From a virus, in the IMG/VR virus record IMGVR_UViG_3300045684_000050, positions 52,795 through 116,794 of that record: 64,000 nucleotides of DNA. The stretch is one strand, 5' to 3'. The translations under genes and the position numbers were made by a program. Positions within the stretch are counted from its first letter, which is position 1, and each line of letters begins with the position of its first letter. The notes under the pieces were generated by a model that made no database searches, was not told the DNA's origin, and worked only from the letters and a program-made list of their open reading frames with translations. Positions 50,291 to 59,414 of this stretch are shown one piece after another.

Positions 50291-50683
50291 TTACCATTTA
50301 CCGGTGAAGGTAACGCTAACTGTTATTTTTCTTGACTTTATCATGTTGATAATCACATCAGATACAACAATTGTATTTCTTTTAGGTGCATGTATCCATC
50401 CTTTTATTTTTAGTGACGATTTATTCACTGCCAATGTACTTTCATTCGTCACAAATTTCTCCTGGAGAATCCATTTTTTAAATTCCAAGTATTTGTCTTT
50501 GGTATTTATTTGGCCATTATCAATAATATAAAGGATAATTCCGGTAAGGCATAAGTTACCTTTTTTCCCAAGGTCACCTCCACTTGCAAACATATACCTC
50601 ATGTTCTCAATAAATAAGCTGACATACTCTTTTCTGTCATCTAATTCTATTGGTATGAGTTTAGTATCAATTACTTCTGCCAT
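50291..50683 (-). CDS. Winged-HTH-like protein heading the late operon
   Basis: NK..LK.KGWI motif; first gene of the minus-strand module. Confidence 0.45.
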   Translation of the reverse strand: MAEVIDTKLIPIELDDRKEYVSLFIENMRYMFASGGDLGKKGNLCLTGIILYIIDNGQINTKDKYLEFKKWILQEKFVTNESTLAVNKSSLKIKGWIHAPKRNTIVVSDVIINMIKSRKITVSVTFTGKW

Positions 50684-50711
50684 CCCTTTGATATTATTAT
50701 AAAATTAATTA

Positions 50712-50725
50712 TTATTGCAATACTA
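50712..50725 (-). promoter_or_regulatory. Candidate late-operon promoter TAGTATTGCAATAA
   Basis: One mismatch to TAnnTTTG; shares TTGCAATAAT with the 42.25-kb site; in the divergent intergenic region. Confidence 0.35.
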
Positions 50726-50762
50726 AGAATTATCAACGACAATAACAAGAAATTCTTAAAAT

Positions 50763-51623
50763 ATGTATTCTAATGTTTTTTTTACAGATGCTACACATAG
50801 GTATTTTGATGATAGTGATAATAGCTATCAATCTGTATCTGCAATGATAGGAGGCAAACACGAGCCTTTTGATGAATCCATGAATATTTATTGTGCTATC
50901 AAGGAGCTATTCCCTAATAAGTTGACTAATGCTAAGAAGAAGTATGAATGGAATGATCCTAAGTTAGTTCCTTATATTATGGATGAATTAACTGTAGATG
51001 AAGTAAATAAAGTGATAAAGAAGTCTTCGGAATTTACTAATCAGTGGGATGAAATGGCAAACTTTGGGACATCAATACATGACAATTTTGAGCAGAAGGA
51101 TATATCCCGGAGGTATAAGATAAGTCCGTTTGATGGAGAGAAATATAAAGTCATTGCTCGTCCTTTTAAGGAAGGAAAGTATGATAACAAGTTAGTTTTG
51201 CCATTTGCCTTAGATGATCATCATTGCAATATATACATTCCTGAATCTGTAGTAGCTTATCATCCAAGTAAGAAAGCTGGACAAATAGATAAGCTATGGT
51301 TATACTGGACTGGCTCCAGACACATAGCTATTGTTGGAGACTACAAGACAGACAATAAAATATCTAAATATCCTATGTGGAAGAAAGAGGATGGAAAAGG
51401 AAGAAAGAAGCCGATGATGTTTTACAAGCCATTGGATTATTTCCCTGATTCCAAATACTGGTATTACACTTTAAAGATGAGTTGTTATGCCTATATGCTT
51501 GAGTATTTAGGTATTCCGGTTCATAGTATGTACTTGTGGCATTTTTATGATAAAGATAATATGAGTCAATATAATCATATACCTATTACTTATTATCGTA
51601 ACCACATAAAAAATTTATTTTGA
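50763..51623 (+). CDS. PD-(D/E)XK exonuclease
   Basis: SVSAMIG...GTSIH...AGQIDKL...VGDYKT...MSCYAYML. Confidence 0.8.
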   Translation: MYSNVFFTDATHRYFDDSDNSYQSVSAMIGGKHEPFDESMNIYCAIKELFPNKLTNAKKKYEWNDPKLVPYIMDELTVDEVNKVIKKSSEFTNQWDEMANFGTSIHDNFEQKDISRRYKISPFDGEKYKVIARPFKEGKYDNKLVLPFALDDHHCNIYIPESVVAYHPSKKAGQIDKLWLYWTGSRHIAIVGDYKTDNKISKYPMWKKEDGKGRKKPMMFYKPLDYFPDSKYWYYTLKMSCYAYMLEYLGIPVHSMYLWHFYDKDNMSQYNHIPITYYRNHIKNLF

Positions 51624-51649
51624 AAGTATTGAATTTTAATTTATCTTTG
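51619..51649 (+). promoter_or_regulatory. Bacteroidota sigma70-type promoter (-33 TTTG, 19-nt spacer, -7 TATCTTTG)
   Basis: TTTG at 51619-51622 and TATCTTTG at 51642-51649 fit the known consensus and spacing. Confidence 0.7.
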
Positions 51650-51784
51650 GATTCATGTTTCGAAGCTAGTATGATAGGAAAAAGTTAAAACGATAAGTAA
51701 AAAAAATGTATCACCTCGCTTTTTTCTATTACATGTAGCTTCGAAACTCTATGTACGTTTAAAAAAGGGTGGTACATTTTTTTT

Positions 51785-53251
51785 ATGAACAATAAAAGCA
51801 CACGTCTTTTCCACATTAATTCAGAACCTAGTACGGTCAAGTACTTAATAAACCAAAGTCCTAAGATGGCTTATGTTTATTATATGATGCAGTATCTTTC
51901 TGCAGGAAAGGGGTGGGTAGATAAGGATGCTGTGATAGAGGTAATTTATTCCAGGGAAGCCGGAAACATATCTAAGAGATCTATAGCTAAGTACATATCC
52001 CAAGTAGTATCTTCTCCCGTGGGTTTAGCATGTTGGTCCGGTTTAGTTAAGGGCCGTATCTCATTAACTAGCTGGAAGAATATAAAGTACCGGGATAAAG
52101 ACAATGCTCACAACGATATTTATTATTTCAATGGCAAGTATGCGAGGATATTTTGTATAAAGGCAGAAGCATTAGAGAGTTTCAAATCATTTAGATTTCA
52201 TATAATATCGGCATGTTTCAGGTATAAGCAGTTCAATAACAGGATCGCCCACAAGAAGAACATCAAGATTGCGAAGGATAGAAAGAAGCGATCATTAAGA
52301 AAGAAATCTGAGAAAATTTTATTTAGAGAGCAAGGCGGCAGACATTTTGCTACTGGACTTTCTGATATGAAATATAAATTAAGACTTAAACAAATACTTA
52401 AATTTTTAGGAAACAATAATCAGACATATCTGGTAAACGGTGCTAACAGCAATGAGCCAAGCCAAAGAGGTGGAAGCAATGATATATGGAGAGCCTTGAG
52501 CAGAGGGTTATGCATCAATATGACAAATAGATATAAAGATTTAGATTCTGATAAATTGGGTGTTTCTTTTAGACAAATGGAAAATGAGCTCAATATTTCT
52601 AGTTCTACATTACATCGATACCTTCATGGATCTGGCGTTGTTAGAGAAGAAATATTTTTCAGTTTACACCAGAAGTATACGATAGATGCTGAGATGTTAA
52701 AGAGGTTTGTTTTTTTAAATCCGGACGTAAAGTATAAGTTCAATAAAGAAACCAATAAGTTGGATTTCATTAGAACTTTACCTACAGTTTATACTGATAA
52801 AGAAGACGACCTGGTTATCATTAAGTTTAAGAGTCGTAAATCTGGATGGGATGGTGCTCAAGTTCGGTCAGTAAGACATAAGAGAGTATCGGCAGGGAAG
52901 ACTAGGAATAGTTCTACATCCAATAAACTAAAGTCATTTGATTCAACATTGATTTCTAACAAGAAGGTAAAGAAGCTTTTTGGTAGAAGTGTAAAGGTTA
53001 AGACAACTAAGGTCGCCAATTTTGAAACTGTAACTAAGAGTCACAGAAAGTCATTGAGAAACAATTCAGTAGTAACTGATATTTTATTAAATGACCTTGA
53101 GAATACTGAGGCAACTTATCCTTATCCTTTATTTACTGATTCAGTTTCAGATTGTATTTTGATTAATGAGGGTGTAAGCCTTGGCAGGCTCACACCTATT
53201 GTCCCAAAACTTTACATAACAGTTGATGCTATTTTGCATAGCCATATTTGA
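51785..53251 (+). CDS. Putative replication initiator / HTH DNA-binding protein
   Basis: Very basic; GVSFRQMENELNISSSTLHRYL HTH; has its own promoter. Confidence 0.45.
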   Translation: MNNKSTRLFHINSEPSTVKYLINQSPKMAYVYYMMQYLSAGKGWVDKDAVIEVIYSREAGNISKRSIAKYISQVVSSPVGLACWSGLVKGRISLTSWKNIKYRDKDNAHNDIYYFNGKYARIFCIKAEALESFKSFRFHIISACFRYKQFNNRIAHKKNIKIAKDRKKRSLRKKSEKILFREQGGRHFATGLSDMKYKLRLKQILKFLGNNNQTYLVNGANSNEPSQRGGSNDIWRALSRGLCINMTNRYKDLDSDKLGVSFRQMENELNISSSTLHRYLHGSGVVREEIFFSLHQKYTIDAEMLKRFVFLNPDVKYKFNKETNKLDFIRTLPTVYTDKEDDLVIIKFKSRKSGWDGAQVRSVRHKRVSAGKTRNSSTSNKLKSFDSTLISNKKVKKLFGRSVKVKTTKVANFETVTKSHRKSLRNNSVVTDILLNDLENTEATYPYPLFTDSVSDCILINEGVSLGRLTPIVPKLYITVDAILHSHI

Positions 53252-53473
53252 AACACGATTTTTAATTGAAATAAAAATATTGATATGAAAAAATAAACTT
53301 CAAATTTACCACAAAACGAGGCTATGCAATATGATCTGCTTTCTAAAAAACAGAAACGAGAGTTACTCGAAAAATTACTATGTTAGCCACAGCAGACAAA
53401 GAATTAGGGTTGCCATTACCAGAAAACCCATAAAAATAAATTTTATTGCATATGAAGTTGAGTATATGAAACA

Positions 53474-53830
53474 TTGCGATTTGAAATACTAACTTTAAAA
53501 TTATTAGATATGTTAAAAAAAGAACAGAAACGACAAGCTATTACTAAGATTAGCAATGTTTTATATACATTATTAAGCACAGCAGCTTTAGGATTAACAC
53601 AAAGACAGACCTGGATGCTTAATTACTTACATTTACAATGGTGTGAGAACAAAGAGCGTTGGGTTTCCCCAACTGAAATAGGACAAGAATACGGTAAATG
53701 GTTACATTACGAAAATGAATTTGTACCACATAGTTATCATAGTGCAGCGGCTTCAAAACCGATAAGAGGACTTGTAGAAAAAGGTATAGTAGAACGAAAC
53801 GAGCGAGGGCTTTATCGCTATTGTGCCTAA
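53474..53830 (+). CDS. Winged-HTH-like hypothetical protein (the true start may be the ATG at 53510)
   Basis: SPTEIG...LVEKGIVERNERGLY. Confidence 0.55.
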   Translation: MRFEILTLKLLDMLKKEQKRQAITKISNVLYTLLSTAALGLTQRQTWMLNYLHLQWCENKERWVSPTEIGQEYGKWLHYENEFVPHSYHSAAASKPIRGLVEKGIVERNERGLYRYCA

Positions 53831-53872
53831 AGTGTAGTATAAGATTAGTAACGGATAAATAAAACAAAAAGT

Positions 53873-54025
53873 ATGAATGACAAAAGACTTGAACAAGTGC
53901 ACGATACACTAGCATTTCTAAGAAGTGTAATTATGTGTGGTGAGCAAATGACAATTGAAGTAAAAAACGCTATTGATAATGCAATCAACAATCTTAGAGA
54001 TGTGGATAAGGACATAAATAAGTAG
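53873..54025 (+). CDS. 50-aa hypothetical protein (MNDKRLEQVHDTLAFLRSVIMCGE...)
   Basis: Hand-translated; A-rich leader; lies inside an inverted repeat. Confidence 0.5.
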   Translation: MNDKRLEQVHDTLAFLRSVIMCGEQMTIEVKNAIDNAINNLRDVDKDINK

Positions 54026-54170
54026 TTATTAATTTTATGCGTTGTTCTATGTCTTTTATTATTGAAAAGGTATAAGGGGCAGCCATTATTAAAAACTTAA
54101 AATTAACCACGACACTTGACAGGACTATTACGCAAAACCCTTTTTATGTGCCGTTAAATATAGAAATTAA

Positions 54171-54401
54171 ATGTTCAATTTATTCGAGAAAAAAACAAAG
54201 TGGCAACCATTAATTGCTTACAACTCAAGCGGAATTGACTATATAGTTTTTATTCGAAAAGGATTAAAAACTGGAATGATTTATTTCAAAACAAAGCGTA
54301 TAACTCCGCTTTGCGTTTGTTCTTATAATTTCAATGAAACTTTGTTTGATATTAACAAACAGTTTGATAGTATGCTGTCCAATTATAAACAAAACAACTA
54401 A
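54171..54401 (+). CDS. Hypothetical protein
   Basis: ORF track; co-oriented and tightly packed. Confidence 0.55.
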   Translation: MFNLFEKKTKWQPLIAYNSSGIDYIVFIRKGLKTGMIYFKTKRITPLCVCSYNFNETLFDINKQFDSMLSNYKQNN

Positions 54402-54407
54402 AGAATT

Positions 54408-54992
54408 ATGGCAGAAAGCAAATATGATTACATTTTATTGGATATACAGTCTTCAAAAGTTAGATCCAGACTTGATGAGTGGTTCATCAATTACCATCAA
54501 CTCATTAATTTATTATATGATCACGTAAACAAGTCATATAATGACAAGAATTATCAGCAACTTATGTTTGAGATGTTGATAGATAAAGCTGGGAAAATAG
54601 CTAATCAGCTAAACATATCTGATTTACCTGATTGCATTATAAATAATGCTGTAATATTAGTTTCCAGATTTAGAGAGGTTTTTGGATACAATTACAAAGA
54701 GGCCCCTGTAAGTGATAGAGGGTTATATACTTTGTGGGATAGTTGGTTAGTAAGAAATGATCCATCGATTATATATCAGATATCTATTCCCTGGAAAGTA
54801 ATAGATTATGGAGGAGAAGGCAACTACATATACTTAGATGTTATAGGCGAAGTGGCCGCTTCTTTTATTATAAAAAGATACATAAAAGGAGGGGCTTATC
54901 TGATACTAGATAAAGAAGGAGATTATTTCTTAATGGCCAAAAAAAGAAAAGTAACAAAAAAGTCAGACTATTACGATAAAATAAAAAAATAA
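54408..54992 (+). CDS. Hypothetical protein
   Basis: 194-aa ORF in the operon. Confidence 0.65.
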   Translation: MAESKYDYILLDIQSSKVRSRLDEWFINYHQLINLLYDHVNKSYNDKNYQQLMFEMLIDKAGKIANQLNISDLPDCIINNAVILVSRFREVFGYNYKEAPVSDRGLYTLWDSWLVRNDPSIIYQISIPWKVIDYGGEGNYIYLDVIGEVAASFIIKRYIKGGAYLILDKEGDYFLMAKKRKVTKKSDYYDKIKK

Positions 54993-55006
54993 TTTACCTT
55001 TACTAT

Positions 55007-55192
55007 ATGAAGACAAGGATAGTAAGGCATACTAATGAACAATTCTTCAATAAAGAGTTAAGTTCATTTCTAAGTGAGGGGTGGAAGGTTGTAGGTTATT
55101 CTACTTACTATCACCCTACTGAAGGAGTTTGGTACACCGCACTAATTCAGATCAATACACTTAACTGTAGAGTAAAACGATACATAGATTAA
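55007..55192 (+). CDS. Small hypothetical protein
   Basis: FL.EGWKVVG motif of small phage proteins. Confidence 0.55.
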   Translation: MKTRIVRHTNEQFFNKELSSFLSEGWKVVGYSTYYHPTEGVWYTALIQINTLNCRVKRYID

Positions 55193-55196
55193 CATT

Positions 55197-55406
55197 ATGG
55201 ATGATATAAAAAAAGCTATAGAAACCTTCGTAAGTTATATAGCAGTAATTATAATAGCTATATATTTGACAGCCGCATCAGAAACAATAATGATGTATAT
55301 TCTTAATGATAAATATGCTATGTTTGGACAGGGATGTTTGTTTATGTTTTTAGTCATAAAGCTAAAAGTAATAATTTCAATATTTAAAGTTGATGACAAT
55401 GGATAA
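55197..55406 (+). CDS. Small membrane protein
   Basis: Two hydrophobic helices. Confidence 0.55.
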   Translation: MDDIKKAIETFVSYIAVIIIAIYLTAASETIMMYILNDKYAMFGQGCLFMFLVIKLKVIISIFKVDDNG

Positions 55407-55629
55407 TAACGAAAAAGGATTTAATGTAAATGACATAAATGTACATATACCTACCATAGAAGAAGCTGAAAAAGACACAACGGCTTTGGGCAACCTAGTT
55501 TATTTCTATGAGCCATTAGATAATGGTAACAATGCTGAGCGTTTTAGAAGGCTTCTTAAAGAATTTGCAGATAGTATGATCAGGCTGGGTTTCGAGCACA
55601 ATGCTAGGCATATTGAAAAAAAACCTTAA
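55390..55629 (+). CDS. Hypothetical protein
   Basis: Tightly packed ORF. Confidence 0.55.
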   Translation: MMTMDNNEKGFNVNDINVHIPTIEEAEKDTTALGNLVYFYEPLDNGNNAERFRRLLKEFADSMIRLGFEHNARHIEKKP

Positions 55630-55650
55630 ATTTGTAATTAACTAAAAAGA

Positions 55651-55860
55651 ATGATCATGTCAAAATTGCCAATTAAACAGATAGTAACGTCATTAGTTAT
55701 AGTAGGTTTAATTACTGTAGCTATCTATTTCGGAATAAAGTATACCTGGGAATTTATGGGTATAGATCCTGATTCCGGAGATGCCGTTCTTCCAGCACTT
55801 GGTGTATTCCTAGTATTAGGTCTTGCCGGATTGTTCCTTTGGAAGAAAGTAAAAGAGTAG
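55651..55860 (+). CDS. Small two-TM membrane protein
   Basis: Two TM helices with a basic C-terminal tail; followed by a terminator. Confidence 0.6.
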   Translation: MIMSKLPIKQIVTSLVIVGLITVAIYFGIKYTWEFMGIDPDSGDAVLPALGVFLVLGLAGLFLWKKVKE

Positions 55861-55884
55861 TAATTCAATTATTCCCATAATGAC

Positions 55885-55919
55885 AAACCTGGTCGATTAA
55901 TTTCTTCCAGGTTTTTTTT
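55885..55919 (+). terminator. Intrinsic terminator
   Basis: AAACCTGG...CCAGGTTT hairpin followed by a T-run. Confidence 0.7.
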
Positions 55920-55965
55920 CGTTAAATAATTATTTTATTTATAACAAAAGGGTTATATTTGGATT

Positions 55966-56523
55966 ATGAATAAAATAAAGGAAATAAGAAGGGATTCTAG
56001 TCAACTTGTGATGATATTAACCATCAATCAACTTGTAGAAGAAATAAATAGGCTTAATATGGTATTGGAGAAGCAAAAGGTATTCATTGATACTTTGGCT
56101 ATGCCTTCAGCGAATGAATCATCACCTTACGTTGTAGCTGCTCGAAGAATAGTAGAGACTATTAAGAATGTCCACAAGCATCCATTAAAAGGTTCTATAC
56201 AAGCAAAAGAAGCAGAAGAAGAATGGAAAGAATACTTAGAAGAAACAATCCCTTATAAAGAATTGATGCATGATGATGACACTTTAAAGCCAGGAAACAA
56301 AGTAGTAACAGTTGCCAGTTTCGAACTACTTAAGAATACTTATAATCTGCCTTATCCTACTAAAGGAGATGAATTAACTATCCGTTCTGTAAGACTTCAT
56401 CACAATCACGATCTAGCTAAGAAAGGAGTACTTCTATTAGAGTTTGAAGAAATTGGTGATATATTAAAAATTTGCAATAAAACTAAAGATGGTAAACCTA
56501 ACTTTATAAAAATACGCAAATGA
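55966..56523 (+). CDS. Hypothetical protein
   Basis: 185 aa; ATGA-coupled to the next gene. Confidence 0.65.
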   Translation: MNKIKEIRRDSSQLVMILTINQLVEEINRLNMVLEKQKVFIDTLAMPSANESSPYVVAARRIVETIKNVHKHPLKGSIQAKEAEEEWKEYLEETIPYKELMHDDDTLKPGNKVVTVASFELLKNTYNLPYPTKGDELTIRSVRLHHNHDLAKKGVLLLEFEEIGDILKICNKTKDGKPNFIKIRK

Positions 56524-56828
56524 AAGTATACGAAATAACATGGCATGGAGGCGAACAAGATTGGTTCTGTGCTAATAGTTCAGAAGAAGCTAAAAAAATA
56601 TGTGCTAATACTACAGGAGAAGATCCTTCTTATATACCTGAGCCTAGAGAGTTAACAGATGAAGAAGCAAAAAGCTCGTTACTTATAGACATTAATGAAT
56701 ATTATGAGGAGATTCCTGAAGGAGAAGAGGAAGAAAATTTTTGTGGAGGGTATAGGATTACGATGTCAATGTATGATGCAGTACAAAAAGAACCTGGACC
56801 TGGACCTTTAGCTTCTTCTGAATTTTAA
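56520..56828 (+). CDS. Acidic hypothetical protein
   Basis: ORF track; coupled. Confidence 0.65.
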   Translation: MKVYEITWHGGEQDWFCANSSEEAKKICANTTGEDPSYIPEPRELTDEEAKSSLLIDINEYYEEIPEGEEEENFCGGYRITMSMYDAVQKEPGPGPLASSEF

Positions 56829-56841
56829 ACAACCTAATAAT

Positions 56842-57114
56842 ATGATTAAGAACACATTCCGCAAGCTAGTGCCTTTCTTTAATTGGTACATCATACAGCT
56901 CACACTTAATTTAATAATAGCTATATGCTGTATGATGTACACAGAAGAACTATTCAGCAACAAATCATTTCGAATATCGATAATAGCTTATTTCTTTTTA
57001 AATGCATTGCTTTATTTCTTTGATTTCGTTGTCAGCAGATTATTCCGGAAGATAAAAGATAGCCAACGATTAGCAGAGGAATTTCTCACAAACGATAACT
57101 TAAATTTAAAATAA
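56842..57114 (+). CDS. Small membrane protein
   Basis: Two hydrophobic segments. Confidence 0.55.
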   Translation: MIKNTFRKLVPFFNWYIIQLTLNLIIAICCMMYTEELFSNKSFRISIIAYFFLNALLYFFDFVVSRLFRKIKDSQRLAEEFLTNDNLNLK

Positions 57115-57126
57115 AACAGAAATACT

Positions 57127-57387
57127 ATGAAGAGTGAGATGATAAAATGATTGGAGAAAGAAAATGGTGAATGGGCCCCAGATATGAAAAATGCGGATGA
57201 AAAAAAGTATTATGTGCTTTTTTCTGGATTCAGTGGAAGGGTTGTAGTTTCACATAGTTGGAGGGATAAATTATTTCCAGACTACTACTGCGCTAATAAT
57301 GTGTTCATACTTAAAAAGATGGTCGGAGTTTTTTGGAGAAAAAGATATAATTGAATATTGGATCGGTTAAACCTAAATAAGATATAA
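57127..57387 (+). pseudogene. 86-codon frame interrupted by two in-frame TGA codons (57148, 57352); pseudogene or recoded gene
   Basis: ATG at 57127, TAA at 57385-57387 one base before the next ATG; reads MKSEMIK*LEKENGEWAPD...RKRYN*ILDRLNLNKI. Confidence 0.5.
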
Positions 57388-57388
57388 C

Positions 57389-57679
57389 ATGAAAAACTTA
57401 CTATTACTTATCACCCTATTAACCTTCTACAGCTGCATGACAACTGACTGCATCCGTACTGATGCCACATTTGTAGCTTTTATGGATGAGCCAAGATTCG
57501 ATGTAGGAGATGGCCTGCAGCACCCTGTAGCGATATTAGTCCGTAAACAGGACAATACCTACATAAAGGTGACAAACTTCACCAGAGAGATTAATATGGG
57601 CGATGACCTGTCTATCCTCCTGCAACCGCTGAAGCTAACGAAGTCATTTCCTGTATACAAAACTTGTCAATCAGAATAA
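57389..57679 (+). CDS. Predicted lipoprotein
   Basis: MKNLLLLITLLTFYS-C lipoprotein-type signal. Confidence 0.6.
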   Translation: MKNLLLLITLLTFYSCMTTDCIRTDATFVAFMDEPRFDVGDGLQHPVAILVRKQDNTYIKVTNFTREINMGDDLSILLQPLKLTKSFPVYKTCQSE

Positions 57680-57680
57680 C

Positions 57681-58049
57681 ATGGAAGAGATCAAAGGGTA
57701 TTATTTTAAATCTGACAAAGATGTAGCTACCGATTATTTTATAGAAGTAGCTGATGGAGTTATTGATGGCAATAAAATAGCTAGAGTTTATGAAATAGAT
57801 AGTTTGCCTTCTATTTTTAATATAGGTGCAGAAGTGATTATCCGTCAAGATCAAATTACATTTATGGCAGTAGTTAATTTGTGGCCTAAACACTTCATCT
57901 TAACTATTTCTAGAGAATTTCAGTTTTATTATGATGACAAGAAGTATTATGGATCAACTCGGCCTAGTGACCAGGTAGCTTCTTTATCTGAAGCGATAAA
58001 TTTTGCAATAGAAAAAGGATTGAAAGACGGAAACATAAAACCATATTAA
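57681..58049 (+). CDS. Hypothetical protein
   Basis: Tightly packed ORF. Confidence 0.6.
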   Translation: MEEIKGYYFKSDKDVATDYFIEVADGVIDGNKIARVYEIDSLPSIFNIGAEVIIRQDQITFMAVVNLWPKHFILTISREFQFYYDDKKYYGSTRPSDQVASLSEAINFAIEKGLKDGNIKPY

Positions 58050-58051
58050 TA

Positions 58052-58405
58052 ATGAAAATAGAAGTAAACGAAAATAGACAAATGGTCCTCAAAGAAGTTT
58101 TTACTGGAGTAGGTCTTGAAACTGCAGATAAGGAATCCATGAATATATGTATGCGTGATAGTGGTTTTGAGTTCACCTATGAAGGTAAAGATTATTCGGC
58201 CCAGCGAGGAGTAATCCAGAGAATAGGTAAGGTAGATGAAAAAATGTCTATTCCTCTAACTCAAGATATGTTAAGGTTGATGGCAACAAGGCTGACGCGT
58301 AGAGTTGAAGTCCGCATGGAATCTACTGAACCTATGGATCTTGGAGAATTAGAGGTAGATATATACGATTTACTATTAAGGTGTTTGTTGACAATAATAG
58401 ATTAG
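58052..58405 (+). CDS. Hypothetical protein
   Basis: Tightly packed ORF. Confidence 0.6.
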   Translation: MKIEVNENRQMVLKEVFTGVGLETADKESMNICMRDSGFEFTYEGKDYSAQRGVIQRIGKVDEKMSIPLTQDMLRLMATRLTRRVEVRMESTEPMDLGELEVDIYDLLLRCLLTIID

Positions 58406-58406
58406 T

Positions 58407-59048
58407 ATGCCATTACAACTAACTGACATACCAGATAAGATATATGGGGCCTTAGTAGGCAATACTTTATGGAACCTTCCATCACCACATATTGTCGAGT
58501 ATGTAGGAATAGAATTAGAATTCATAAATGATATCATCCTAAATACTAAATACCCTGGCCGTAAAAAAGGAATATATCATTACTATTCTACTTATGGATT
58601 TACTAAAGCTTTGCTCCTGGGTAATCCTTTTGCTGTCATGAGCATGTTTGTTAATGAAATAGACTCAGATACCTATCACATATCCGGAGCTACACTTATC
58701 GACAATAGGAAGGAGTTTGTAGTAAAAGATTACTATACTAATGTAGTTAATGAAGTAAAAGTTCTTATAGATTACTCCAATACACTGCCTTATGATAAAC
58801 CTGAATTCTTACAGGTAGTTATGGAATATAAAACTTATGCTTACCATATGCTGATATCAGCAATACAGATATCTAAAAATAAAAATATCGAGGCAACCAA
58901 AGATTTTACTATTGTTGAAAATATTCAGCAGTTTGATGATCTGTTACAGAAGATATCTGAAGAAGTATCAGCTATCGAAGCTATCGATACTTTCGATCCT
59001 AAAGAATTACTACGCATATTGCGAGCTGAATACCTAAAAGTTAAGTAA
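58407..59048 (+). CDS. Hypothetical protein
   Basis: 213-aa ORF. Confidence 0.65.
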   Translation: MPLQLTDIPDKIYGALVGNTLWNLPSPHIVEYVGIELEFINDIILNTKYPGRKKGIYHYYSTYGFTKALLLGNPFAVMSMFVNEIDSDTYHISGATLIDNRKEFVVKDYYTNVVNEVKVLIDYSNTLPYDKPEFLQVVMEYKTYAYHMLISAIQISKNKNIEATKDFTIVENIQQFDDLLQKISEEVSAIEAIDTFDPKELLRILRAEYLKVK

Positions 59049-59051
59049 ATT

Positions 59052-59414
59052 ATGGAAAATACAATTAAAAACCCTTACCAAAAAGAAAGTTTAGAAAAGC
59101 AAACTGCAACTTGGAACAGTTTAGGAAGACAATCTAATGGACCTTACGTTGATGTACCTTACAATGAGGAATCTGCCACCATGCTAGACAATATAGAGTT
59201 CAGATTGGGTAACAATAACCACGATCTTATTAAGATAGAAAGTCAGCTTTCTGATATCTTAATGAAGATTTCCGGTAAGCCAGGACCTGGCAAAGAGAAC
59301 GTGGATAGCACCCCTGATGGATCCTTAGCCAGGATTGATAAAAAGTTAGTTGATGCAGAATTCCAAATTGGTAGCATCTACAAATTAATTGACGATTTAA
59401 AAAAATTGTTATGA
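59052..59414 (+). CDS. Coiled-coil hypothetical protein
   Basis: ATGA-coupled to the next gene. Confidence 0.6.
   Translation: MENTIKNPYQKESLEKQTATWNSLGRQSNGPYVDVPYNEESATMLDNIEFRLGNNNHDLIKIESQLSDILMKISGKPGPGKENVDSTPDGSLARIDKKLVDAEFQIGSIYKLIDDLKKLL

Noticed and set aside
50763-51623. Cas4 or a CRISPR adaptation module
   Set aside because: It has PD-(D/E)XK motifs but lacks the four-Cys Fe-S pattern and any cas context; an ordinary phage exonuclease
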